This document shows, piece after piece, positions 38,156 to 46,492 of a stretch of DNA of 64,000 nt (position 1 is the stretch's first letter; the number at the start of each line of letters is the position of its first letter). Position numbers and translations under genes: made by a program. The DNA is from Chromatiaceae bacterium. GTDB taxonomy: Bacteria > Pseudomonadota > Gammaproteobacteria > Chromatiales > Chromatiaceae. A model generated the notes under the pieces. It worked only from the letters and a program-made list of their open reading frames with translations. It ran no database searches and was not told the origin of the DNA. The DNA lies in NCBI GenBank assembly GCA_024235215.1, contig JACKMU010000008.1:150563-214562 (forward strand). Reading direction: 5' to 3'.

Positions 38156-38231
38156 TGGCTGGGATGCTAGGGGTCGAACCTAGAACCTACGGAGTCAGAG
38201 TCCGTCGCTCTGCCAGTTGAGCTACATCCCA
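38156..38231 (-). tRNA. tRNA-Gln (anticodon CUG)
   Basis: 76-nt cloverleaf drawn by hand. Acceptor TGGGATG/CATCCCA, D stem GCTC/GAGC, anticodon stem ACGGA/TCCGT with loop CT-CTG-AC, T stem CTAGG/CCTAG with loop TTCGACC. Encoded CCA with discriminator G, and U1-A72 as in E. coli tRNA-Gln. Confidence 0.8.
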
Positions 38232-38243
38232 AATTTAAGGGCC

Positions 38244-38306
38244 AAGGTGCTAGGTGCTAGGTGCTAGGGAGAAACTTAGCGCACCTAGTTCCTAGTTCCT
38301 AGTTCC
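38244..38306. repeat. inverted CTAG-core heptamer arrays between tRNA-Gln and the four-helix-bundle gene
   Basis: AAGGT GCTAGGT GCTAGGT GCTAGGG, a 11-nt spacer, then GCACCTAG TTCCTAG TTCCTAG TTCC. The reverse array encodes the last residues (GTRN) and the TAG stop of the 4HB ORF. Confidence 0.9.
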
Positions 38307-38645
38307 TTCGATATATTCGATCAGACGATAGAGCATTTTCGCAATCTGTCTGACTTCATCTGCCTTTTCCAGGCCTTTATCCCTATCGATAAAACCAGTT
38401 TCCATTCCTATCAGCAGTTGAGTCCATGCTTCGGCACTGGAACCTTTCGCGATTTTCAGAAAATGAACCCGCTCTTTAACCGAGGTTCGTTCATATCCTT
38501 CTGCAATGTTAGAAGCAACGGAGAGCGCCGACCGGCCTAACTGATCCCGAAACCCGGCGTTCCCACAAGTCGCCGATAATCGATACATATCCACCGAAAA
38601 CCGGCAAGCGCGCCGCCAAACTTCTAAATTTTTCAGAGCATCCAT
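38292..38645 (-). CDS. four-helix-bundle protein (23S rRNA intervening-sequence protein / Avd family)
   Basis: 117-aa ORF with LEVWRRACRFSVDMYRL...FRDQLGRSALSVASNIAEGYERTSVKERVHFLKIAKGSSAEAWTQLLI, characteristic of this family. Visibly lower GC than the neighbouring genes. Confidence 0.8.
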   Translation of the reverse strand: MDALKNLEVWRRACRFSVDMYRLSATCGNAGFRDQLGRSALSVASNIAEGYERTSVKERVHFLKIAKGSSAEAWTQLLIGMETGFIDRDKGLEKADEVRQIAKMLYRLIEYIEGTRN

Positions 38646-38661
38646 GCCCTTCCACCCTGAG

Positions 38662-38722
38662 TTTCTAGTTTCTAGCCCCTAGTATCTACCCCTAGCACCT
38701 AGAACCTAGTTCCTGGCACCTA
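38662..38722. repeat. reverse-orientation CTAG-core heptamer array between rpsI stop and the four-helix-bundle gene start
   Basis: TTTCTAG TTTCTAG CCCCTAG TATCTAC CCCTAG CACCTAG AACCTAG TTCCTGG CACCTAT, abutting the rpsI TAA. Confidence 0.85.
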
Positions 38723-39115
38723 TTAACGTTTTGAATATTGTGGACGCTTGCGCGCTTTGTGCAGGCCGACTTTCTTGCGCTCCACTGCCCGTGCGTCACG
38801 GGTCAGGTAGCCGGCCTTGCGCATGCTGCTCTGCAGGCTCTCGTCATATTTCGCCAGTGCACGTGCTATCCCCAGACGAATGGCGCCTGCCTGTCCGGTG
38901 TTGCCGCCGCCAGCAACCGTTACATTCACATCCACCTTATCCAGCACCTCTGCCACCGTCAGTGGCTGGCGCACCACCATGCGTGCAGTTTCGCGGCCGA
39001 AATAGTTGTCCAGCGAACGATCGTTGACTGTAATCTTGCCACTTCCGACGCTCAGGAAGACACGCGCGGTGGAACTCTTGCGGCGTCCGGTTGCATAAGT
39101 TTGGGTCTGTGCCAT
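38723..39115 (-). CDS. rpsI: 30S ribosomal protein S9
   Basis: 130-aa ORF with [15 protein letters not shown]...[19 protein letters not shown]...[18 protein letters not shown]. Confidence 0.95.
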   Translation of the reverse strand: MAQTQTYATGRRKSSTARVFLSVGSGKITVNDRSLDNYFGRETARMVVRQPLTVAEVLDKVDVNVTVAGGGNTGQAGAIRLGIARALAKYDESLQSSMRKAGYLTRDARAVERKKVGLHKARKRPQYSKR

Positions 39116-39207
39116 TTTCTCTATCTCAGGTTGCCAGGTTTGAGGCTACTGGGGATACCGGGCTGGTCGGGGTGTAACCCCTCAAGTACCCGGCTAACCA
39201 AACCTCA

Positions 39208-39636
39208 TCAAATCTCAAGTGGCTGCGGCTGCTGCGCGGCATGCTTGTGCTCAGGGCCGGCGTAAACCCTGAGTTTCTTGTACATTGCTCTTCCCAGCGG
39301 ATTTTTCGGTAGCATCCCCTTGACCGCACTCTCCAAAACTCGTTCCGGGTGCTCCGCCAGCAGTTTCGTCAGATTGGTCGATTTGAGGTTGCCAATGTAC
39401 CCGGTATGGTGATGGTACATCTTGTCCTGCATCTTGTTGCCGGTCACTCTGACCTTCTCTGCATTGATCACGACGATGTAATCACCGGTATCCACGTGCG
39501 GTGTAAATTCAGGCTTATGCTTACCACGCAAGCGATGCGCGATCTCACTGGCCAGCCGGCCCAGCGTCTTCTCCGTGGCATCTACCAGATACCACTCGCG
39601 GCGAACCTCGGCAGGCTTTGCACTTACTGTCGTCAT
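39208..39636 (-). CDS. rplM: 50S ribosomal protein L13
   Basis: 142 aa from [62 protein letters not shown]. Confidence 0.95.
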   Translation of the reverse strand: MTTVSAKPAEVRREWYLVDATEKTLGRLASEIAHRLRGKHKPEFTPHVDTGDYIVVINAEKVRVTGNKMQDKMYHHHTGYIGNLKSTNLTKLLAEHPERVLESAVKGMLPKNPLGRAMYKKLRVYAGPEHKHAAQQPQPLEI

Positions 39637-39994
39637 TGAACTCACTCCGACGGAGAATCCAAGTAGAATCACTCGAAAAAAGAGCGCGAATGTTATCGGA
39701 TAGCGCGCCGGATGGCAAGTACCTTGGTGGCCTGGCCAGCTGAACGGCCGCTACAGCGAACAACCGAAGCGATAACCCCGCTGTAAAACCGAACAACGGC
39801 TCGATTTTTCCCTTACCGAATTCAGCAATAGTTGTCCCGATTTTGCGCAGGAGAGACGTTTACGGCAGAATTCCCGTCGGTCCGTCGGCTTGAAAGCCGG
39901 CCAAAGAGGCTGATCCGATAAATTCGAGGATTTCCGTCGGGGTTTACCGGGTTGCACTGCACCATCAAGTTTTATCCCGGATAACCACCACGCC

Positions 39995-41245
39995 GTGAAC
40001 CGCCAGCAAATACTCGCCGAAGCCGACCGCTGCGTCAAATGCGGACTCTGCCTGCCGCACTGCCCGACCTACCGGATAACCCGGGACGAGGGAGATTCAC
40101 CGCGCGGCCGCATAGCGTTGATGCAAGCATGGATCGGCGCAGCGGTCGAGAGTCCCCGAGTGCACTGGCACCTGGATCGCTGCCTCGGTTGTCAGGCGTG
40201 TGAATCCGCCTGCCCCTCGGGAGTCAAGTACGGTCAAATGATTGATTCGGTGCGTGCACAGCAGCCACACTGGCTCTCGCTGTGGCGGCGCTGGTGCCTT
40301 ATGCTGCTCTCACGCCTCCCCTACTACCGCAGCAGCCGCATGTTGCTCAGGATCTATCACAACATTGGACTGCGATCGCTGTTGCAGCGCGCCGGAGGAG
40401 ACTGGCTGCGGCGGCTCAATCAGCTGTTGCCCAATCTGGAGGAGAGCCCCAGCCTGCACTCCCATTATCCGGCGGTCCCACCACTCAACGGAAGCGTCGC
40501 GCTGTTCACGGGCTGCGTTGGACGCATCGCTGACCTGCCTGCGCTGCTTGCCTCAATCCGACTGCTGACTCTGCTCGGCTTCGCAGTAGAGGTACCGGAA
40601 CAGCAAACCTGTTGTGGCGCGCTGCACCAGCACAACGGCTGGCCCGACACCGCCCGGCAGCTGGCCGCCACTAACCGGCGGATATTCGATGCGCTTGAGG
40701 TGGATGCCATCCTGTACACCGCCAGCGGTTGCGGTATCCAGCTGCTGGAGTACGCAAAATACGGGCAATCATTGAGCACGCCTGTGATGGATATCTGCAG
40801 CTTTCTCGCTGATTCAGGGCAGCTCGATCGTCTGCACCTGGCACCGTTGAAGCAGAAAGTTCTGCTCCATCACCCCTGCTCTTCCCGAAGAATTGCGGAT
40901 GGCGGCAACAGCGTCGTCCGGCTGCTGCGGCGAATACCGGATATTCAACTGCGAAGCCTGCCACGAGAGGGGTGCTGCGGCGCCGCCGGCAACTACCTGC
41001 TGCTGCAGCCAGCGATGGCCGACCGGCTGCGCCAGACGATCATCGAGCAGATAGAACCTGAAATGCCTGAAATACTGGCTACCACCAATACTGGGTGTGC
41101 CCTGCACCTCTCGGCTGGACTAAGCCTCACTCATCCCGCTATCCGTGTGATCCATCCCGTCCAACTCCTGTCCCAGCAGCTGAACGGCAACCTAGACCGA
41201 TTAGAGTGCGACGGGCAGAATTCATGCCCCGACGGAATCGATTGA
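39995..41245 (+). CDS. (Fe-S)-binding protein, glycolate oxidase GlcF-like
   Basis: 416-aa ORF with two 4Fe-4S ferredoxin motifs (CVKCGLCLPHCP, CLGCQACESACP) followed by two CCG-type cysteine-rich repeats. GTG start. Confidence 0.75.
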   Translation: MNRQQILAEADRCVKCGLCLPHCPTYRITRDEGDSPRGRIALMQAWIGAAVESPRVHWHLDRCLGCQACESACPSGVKYGQMIDSVRAQQPHWLSLWRRWCLMLLSRLPYYRSSRMLLRIYHNIGLRSLLQRAGGDWLRRLNQLLPNLEESPSLHSHYPAVPPLNGSVALFTGCVGRIADLPALLASIRLLTLLGFAVEVPEQQTCCGALHQHNGWPDTARQLAATNRRIFDALEVDAILYTASGCGIQLLEYAKYGQSLSTPVMDICSFLADSGQLDRLHLAPLKQKVLLHHPCSSRRIADGGNSVVRLLRRIPDIQLRSLPREGCCGAAGNYLLLQPAMADRLRQTIIEQIEPEMPEILATTNTGCALHLSAGLSLTHPAIRVIHPVQLLSQQLNGNLDRLECDGQNSCPDGID

Positions 41246-41345
41246 CGCAGCATTTGGCACGTGTACGCTACACTGACCCAACTTCTGATACCGATCGCCG
41301 ATTGCCGCTTCACGCAGCCCACCCGTTCGCCTATCCTTGAAAAGT

Positions 41346-41990
41346 ATGGAACAGAGAAACTACACCACCGCGGACCGCCTGTTGATGGGTCTTGACCAGG
41401 CGTTGCAGACATTGGCCGGACGGCCCCGTGTGACCGAACGAACCGATCCAGCGCAGGCACTGCCAGAAGCCGAACTCTCCGCAGAGCAGCAATTGCATGT
41501 GGCCCGGCTATTACGGGTGGACCATAGCGGAGAGGTGTGTGCCCAGGCACTCTATCAGGGACAGGCGCTGACGGCCCGATCAGCTCAGGTGAGAGAGAAT
41601 ATGCAGCGTTCTGCCCTGGAGGAGAACGATCACCTCGATTGGTGCCACAACCGCCTGATGGAACTCAATAACCGCCGCAGTCTGCTCAACCCGCTCTGGT
41701 ATCTCGGCTCCTTTGCCATCGGCGCGACCGCAGGGCTGGCAGGTGACCAGTGGAGTCTCGGTTTCATCGCGGAGACCGAACGCCAGGTATGCGCGCATAT
41801 CGACAGCCACCTGCAACAGATACCCAGCGCAGACAAAAAAAGCCGTGCCATTCTGGAACAGATGAGAAGCGACGAGCAGCACCATGCCCAGGTCGCGCTC
41901 AGCAGTGGCGGTGTACCCCTGCCAACACCCGTCAGGAACGCAATGCGCCTGACCGCAAAACTGATGACGAAAACCACCTACTGGCTGTGA
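41346..41990 (+). CDS. coq7: demethoxyubiquinone hydroxylase (Coq7 family)
   Basis: About 214 aa with LRVDHSGEVCAQALYQGQ, EENDHLDWC and the EQHHAQ di-iron ligand pattern. Confidence 0.85.
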   Translation: MEQRNYTTADRLLMGLDQALQTLAGRPRVTERTDPAQALPEAELSAEQQLHVARLLRVDHSGEVCAQALYQGQALTARSAQVRENMQRSALEENDHLDWCHNRLMELNNRRSLLNPLWYLGSFAIGATAGLAGDQWSLGFIAETERQVCAHIDSHLQQIPSADKKSRAILEQMRSDEQHHAQVALSSGGVPLPTPVRNAMRLTAKLMTKTTYWL

Positions 41991-42158
41991 CTAGGAGCCT
42001 GTCTGACTTATCCGTTTGAAGCGAAAATCACCGGGGGCGAATCAAATCAGTTTATCGAACGAGGCGAATAGTGGGCCTATTTAACGAGGTCGATAAGCTG
42101 AGTTGATCGTCATCCGGGGATTTGCAGCCAAACAGTGTTAAGTCAGACAGGCTCCTAG
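41991..42158 (+). mobile_element. 168-bp MITE-like element, copy 2
   Basis: Identical to copies 1 and 3. Begins at the nucleotide immediately after the coq7 TGA stop. Confidence 0.85.
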
Positions 42159-42291
42159 AGTTAACTTCCACCCCCTTCCCTCCTCACCCGATTGGTATGT
42201 CGCCTGCTGAGAGAGCATTTTGGCTATCCACCGCTACGACAGTGGTGGAGGTCCGCGAACACAATCGCCAGTTCGAGCGAGACAGCTGAAC

Positions 42292-43938
42292 TCAGTCCAC
42301 TTCCTGATCCTGGGGGATCAGCCGGGCCACCACCCAGTCCCAAGCCTGCCGTCCGTAGAGTTGTCTGATCACCGGCGGCAGCGCCACGCAACCCTGAGAG
42401 AGCAACAGATGGTGAAAATCTGCCGGTGTTCCCTCGCCATGGCTCTGTCGCCACTGCCTCAGCACATCGATCAATCTCCAGTTCACCACTCCCACCAACT
42501 GCTGTGTTGGATAGCGGGTCAACATAAGCAGGTCCTGAGCGGCGCTCTGCGCGTGCTGCCCTGGCAACTCCTGCAGTTGCTGCAGCGCGGATGACACCGT
42601 CAGACCATAGACATGAAACTCGATATCGATCAGTGCCAACAGCGTACGGCGCAGTCGTGCCAGCAGGCAATAGAGTTTATGCTTCGGTGCGGGAAAAAGG
42701 CCCAACTCCTGCACCAACTGTTCGGCATAGAGTGACCATCCGACCTGCTGACTGGGAGAGAAGTTGACGCGCCGCACCATGGATTCCGCATGCCCGCCTG
42801 CGCTCGCGGTAACAGACTGCAGATGGCGGCCAGGCCAGGCGTTGCGTATGCACCAGGCGGTCAGCTGTGCTGGTGTATCCACCGCGGTGCCCGTCACTGG
42901 CCGCGGCAGGTAGAGCTCGCCGGACGGGATACCCGCAGCGGTGGTGGGTCGATAAACGGTCGCACAATCCAACGGACTATCTTCAGCAGCCAGTCGTAAC
43001 TCGAGCAGCGCCGCATCAGGAAGCCTGAACTGATCGGTATCGGCCAGCCGACGGTGGATTTCGTTGCTGCGTTTGCGCACATAGCGCACCCGCTCTTCAC
43101 CCTGTAGCTTTTTCTCCTGAGTGAGCCGCTCCAACCAGGGACGCGGATCCTCCACACCGGTCTGCTCCTTACAAAGGGCACTCAGTTCAGCGGCTGTCGT
43201 CTGATAGATCTGGCGTGCCAATTCATGCAGATCTCCCAGTTTGTCAGGCAGGTGATGCCGCAGCCGCAACTGTTCCTGAAAGCGCTGCCAACCGCACGCG
43301 GTATTCCCCTCGGCTTCGGGTGTGATCTTCTCGGCCAGAAAACTCAGGTATTCAGCGACCGCACTGGCGGCCTGGTCGCAGTGTGCCCGCAACTCACCAG
43401 CGTCTTCGCCCCGCTCCGCCAGCCGCTGGAGAAAGCGAACACCCGCCGCTCCCTCTCTCTGGGCCACATCGACCCAGATGCGGGGAATCAAAGCGGGATA
43501 TGCGGAGAGTGTCGAGCGCGCCTTGTGCAGAAACCCGGGAATCTCCTGCAGGCACCTTGTCAACGCCGCTTCCCCCTGGCTGTCAGCCTCCCGCGCCAAT
43601 CCGCAGACAGTTCGCAACGGCATGAAGGCCAGCGGATTTCTATGGCGCCAATCACACTCCAGAATCGCCTGATACTCATCCCGGCAGGCGCCAAACAGGA
43701 TTTCCATCTCCAGCTGACCGGCTGGGTCGAGAGCATGGAAATCGATCTCCTCCAGCCCTACGATCGTACTCTCCAGCCAAGAGCCCAATGCACCCACATC
43801 ATCGTCATCCACCGCCGGCAGCGCTCCGGCATAACCCGGCACACCGACACGCTGAGCAGTATCCGGATGGAACCGGAACCAAACCTGATAAAACTCATCG
43901 GTCAGTGCCTGAAAATCTGCGCAAGAGGAAGCCATCAC
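42292..43938 (-). CDS. DUF885 domain-containing protein
   Basis: 548-aa ORF. Its overall pattern, including NAWPGRHLQ (compare YPGHHLQ of DUF885), suggests this family. Confidence 0.55.
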   Translation of the reverse strand: MMASSCADFQALTDEFYQVWFRFHPDTAQRVGVPGYAGALPAVDDDDVGALGSWLESTIVGLEEIDFHALDPAGQLEMEILFGACRDEYQAILECDWRHRNPLAFMPLRTVCGLAREADSQGEAALTRCLQEIPGFLHKARSTLSAYPALIPRIWVDVAQREGAAGVRFLQRLAERGEDAGELRAHCDQAASAVAEYLSFLAEKITPEAEGNTACGWQRFQEQLRLRHHLPDKLGDLHELARQIYQTTAAELSALCKEQTGVEDPRPWLERLTQEKKLQGEERVRYVRKRSNEIHRRLADTDQFRLPDAALLELRLAAEDSPLDCATVYRPTTAAGIPSGELYLPRPVTGTAVDTPAQLTAWCIRNAWPGRHLQSVTASAGGHAESMVRRVNFSPSQQVGWSLYAEQLVQELGLFPAPKHKLYCLLARLRRTLLALIDIEFHVYGLTVSSALQQLQELPGQHAQSAAQDLLMLTRYPTQQLVGVVNWRLIDVLRQWRQSHGEGTPADFHHLLLSQGCVALPPVIRQLYGRQAWDWVVARLIPQDQEVD

Positions 43939-44351
43939 ACTTCCCTTATCTCGAAATCGTGCGTTATCTGTGCGGTCTTACCGAGCATCAGCGAGGCCGA
44001 ACAGTACTTCTCCGCACTCAGGTTGACCGCACGGGCAACCGCTTTCTCACTGAGACCGCTTCCGCTCACGATGAAATGGACCTTGATCTGGGTAAACACC
44101 TTGGGTTCGTCCGCCGCCCGCTCCGCCTCCAACAACACTTCGCACGAACTCACCCGCTGACGACCCTTCTTGAGGATATGCACCACATCGATCTGCGTGC
44201 AGCCACCCAGTCCCAGCAACAGCATCTCCATTGGCCGCACCCCCAGATTTCTACCGCCGAGATCCGGTGGCCCATCCATCACCAGCGCATGTCCGCTGCC
44301 TGATTCGGCCACCATCAACATATCCTCAATCCACTTCACGCGTGCCTTCAT
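43935..44351 (-). CDS. OsmC-family protein
   Basis: 138 aa from MKARVKW with GGRNLGVRPMEMLLLGLGGCTQIDVVHIL and AEKYCSASLML (the two conserved Cys). GAGG lies upstream of ATG 44351. Confidence 0.8.
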   Translation of the reverse strand: MKARVKWIEDMLMVAESGSGHALVMDGPPDLGGRNLGVRPMEMLLLGLGGCTQIDVVHILKKGRQRVSSCEVLLEAERAADEPKVFTQIKVHFIVSGSGLSEKAVARAVNLSAEKYCSASLMLGKTAQITHDFEIREV

Positions 44352-44375
44352 CACAACCTCGCCACTGAAAATCCG

Positions 44376-44391
44376 CGTGAAGACTATCACA
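44376..44391. promoter_or_regulatory. candidate CRP binding site in the divergent osmC-like/crp intergenic region
   Basis: CGTGA-AGACTA-TCACA compared with the consensus TGTGA-N6-TCACA (9 of 10 core positions). Centred about 72 nt upstream of the crp ATG. Confidence 0.5.
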
Positions 44392-44455
44392 GATCGACAT
44401 CCGGCGACGCCTTGCTTAAAATCCCCGGAGTCAATGCACTTCAGAGCGAGAAATC

Positions 44456-45109
44456 ATGAGCATCATCAAACCGCCGGAAAAGGAACCCAAGTTCCTGCAA
44501 CCCCTGCTCTCGTTCTGTCATCGCAGACACTATGCCGCAAAAACCGATATCGTCCATCCCGGCGACAGCGCCGATACGCTGTTTTATCTGGTGGAGGGTT
44601 CGGTCGCCATCATCATTGAGGATGAAGAGGGCAAAGAGATCATCCTCGCTTACCTGAACAAGGGTGAGTTTATCGGTGAGATGGGACTTTTCACGGCACA
44701 ACCCAGCCGTAGCGTGCTGGTTCGGACACGCTCTTCCTGCACCCTGGCAGAGATCAGCTATGCACGTCTGGAGCAACTGTTCGAATCCGACCTGAAACCC
44801 CATGTAAAAGAGTTGCTCTATGCGATGGGCGCTCAACTCACCCAGCGCCTGCTACACACCAGCCGCAAGGTGGGACATCTCGCCTTTCTCGACGTCACCG
44901 GCCGCATCGCCCGCACGCTGCTGGATCTGTGCAAACAACCCGATGCGATGACCCATCCGGACGGTATGCAGATTCGCATCACCCGCCAGGAGATTGGCCG
45001 TATCGTCGGCTGCTCCCGGGAGATGGCAGGCCGGGTGCTCAAAAACCTGGAGGAGCAGGGCCTGATCAGCGTGAAAGGAAAAACCATCGTGGTCTTCGGT
45101 ACCCGCTGA
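44456..45109 (+). CDS. crp: cAMP receptor protein (CRP/Vfr global regulator)
   Basis: 217-aa ORF with a cNMP-binding domain (YLVEGSVAIIIEDEEGKEIILAYLNKGEFIGEMGLF) and a near-canonical CRP recognition helix (RQEIGRIVGCSREMAGRVLKNLEEQGLI). Confidence 0.9.
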   Translation: MSIIKPPEKEPKFLQPLLSFCHRRHYAAKTDIVHPGDSADTLFYLVEGSVAIIIEDEEGKEIILAYLNKGEFIGEMGLFTAQPSRSVLVRTRSSCTLAEISYARLEQLFESDLKPHVKELLYAMGAQLTQRLLHTSRKVGHLAFLDVTGRIARTLLDLCKQPDAMTHPDGMQIRITRQEIGRIVGCSREMAGRVLKNLEEQGLISVKGKTIVVFGTR

Positions 45110-45119
45110 ACTAGGGTTT

Positions 45120-46043
45120 TCAGCGCGCCGATTTTTCCGTCTGGATATCATCCCCGCCGGCGAATTTGCGGTCGGGCCCCGCTGAGATGAGGGTGAAGCG
45201 CTCACCTGACGTGGTATAGCGAAACGGCGTTCCCCAGCCGTCCAGCATCTCCTGCGGAGGGATACCCAGATCCTGTTGGATACGCTCCATAGTGACTTGG
45301 GAGGGATCGAATCCGGCACCATACTGAATCATCCAGATCCGAACCGAGCGGCCCAGCAGTTCCATGCGTTGCCGGGTTCTGGTGACCTCTTCGGGAGTAT
45401 CGGGACGCACGGCCGCGGTTGTTGACGGCTGTGCTGCTGGTGTTGCGCCACCCAGATACTCCAGACCGCCCCAGACGGCGACCCCGAGTAGCAGCAACGC
45501 AGCGGCAACCAGCAGCAGTCGGGTTCGCTGGCCGCTCACTCGCGACTTTTTCTGTGCCGATTTGCGACCGGTGCGCCTGGTTGCCACAGATCCGACTGTC
45601 GACTCCCCCAGGTCGCTGGTCGCTGTCAGGGTGTCGGTATCCGCAATCGGCGAGTGCTGCTGCGCGGAACGCATTGCGGCCTGATCACTGCGGGTCGGCT
45701 GCACCGCAATCTCCTCGATCTGCATACCCGGATGTTCGATCTCCAGCTCCAGCTTGTCGCTGAGCCGAACACTCTCCACATCCTTCGCATCCTCATCCGC
45801 CGGGGTGCTCCCAGCCGGGCGAATATCGCACTGAGCGCCACAGTTGATGATCTTGCCCATCAGTTCGACCGCCCGCGCCTTCTCCAGTGCCGGCTTGATT
45901 GCTATCAGCTTGCCACGCAGCAGATTGCGTGTCTTCTCCGGAGGTATGCGCAACAGCTGTGACAGTGATGCCACCACCTCTTCGACCCGGTACCCCTCCA
46001 AGGGTCGACCGCTCAGCTCCAGGAGAAATTTCTCTCCGCTCAT
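45120..46043 (-). CDS. hypothetical single-pass membrane protein with pseudopilin (GspG C-terminal)-like tail
   Basis: 307 aa from MSGEKF. Low-complexity middle, TM helix LLLVAAALLLLGVAVWGGL, and C-terminal DGWGTPFRYTTSGERFTLISAGPDRKFAGGDDI, which resembles T2SS major pseudopilin C-termini. Its ATG overlaps the nfeD stop (ATGA). Confidence 0.5.
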   Translation of the reverse strand: MSGEKFLLELSGRPLEGYRVEEVVASLSQLLRIPPEKTRNLLRGKLIAIKPALEKARAVELMGKIINCGAQCDIRPAGSTPADEDAKDVESVRLSDKLELEIEHPGMQIEEIAVQPTRSDQAAMRSAQQHSPIADTDTLTATSDLGESTVGSVATRRTGRKSAQKKSRVSGQRTRLLLVAAALLLLGVAVWGGLEYLGGATPAAQPSTTAAVRPDTPEEVTRTRQRMELLGRSVRIWMIQYGAGFDPSQVTMERIQQDLGIPPQEMLDGWGTPFRYTTSGERFTLISAGPDRKFAGGDDIQTEKSAR

Positions 46044-46492
46044 CCGGCTCCGCTCTCCACTTTCAGCACCACTCCATCGACACCCACCACGGTAACCTGG
46101 GTGCCAGCCGCACAATCCTCCCCCTCGATCTTCCAGGTGGTATCGTCAACCCGGATCTTTCCAAGCCCGTTGACGATCGGAAGATCCAGCGTGAAACGCC
46201 GACCAATATACTGCTCTCCGCGTCGATTCAGCAGGGGACGGTCTGTCTCAGTCGGGTGCCGGTCCAGTAGCAATCGCCAGAGCACCACGCTGGCGACGCT
46301 TACCAATGCGAACAGCAGCAGCTGATACTCCCAGCCAAGCGCCGGAAACAGCATTACCACCAGACCCACCACACCGGCCGCCACGCCCATCCAGAGGAAG
46401 AACACCCCGGGTGAAAAGGCCTCCAGAATGATCAACACCACCCCCAGCACCCACCAGTGCCAGTAGGCGGCGCTCTCCAGCCACTCCATCAA
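46040..46492 (-). CDS. NfeD-family membrane protein
   Basis: 150-aa ORF with N-terminal TM helices and a C-terminal OB-like segment ([35 protein letters not shown]). Overlaps the SPFH gene stop. Confidence 0.8.
   Translation of the reverse strand: MMEWLESAAYWHWWVLGVVLIILEAFSPGVFFLWMGVAAGVVGLVVMLFPALGWEYQLLLFALVSVASVVLWRLLLDRHPTETDRPLLNRRGEQYIGRRFTLDLPIVNGLGKIRVDDTTWKIEGEDCAAGTQVTVVGVDGVVLKVESGAG

Noticed and set aside
38156-38231. Alternative identity for the tRNA (the D-arm resembles Trp-type tRNAs) or a pseudo-tRNA.
   Set aside because: The hand-drawn cloverleaf is fully canonical, with anticodon CTG and the U1-A72 plus G73 features of tRNA-Gln. tRNAscan-SE should confirm it.
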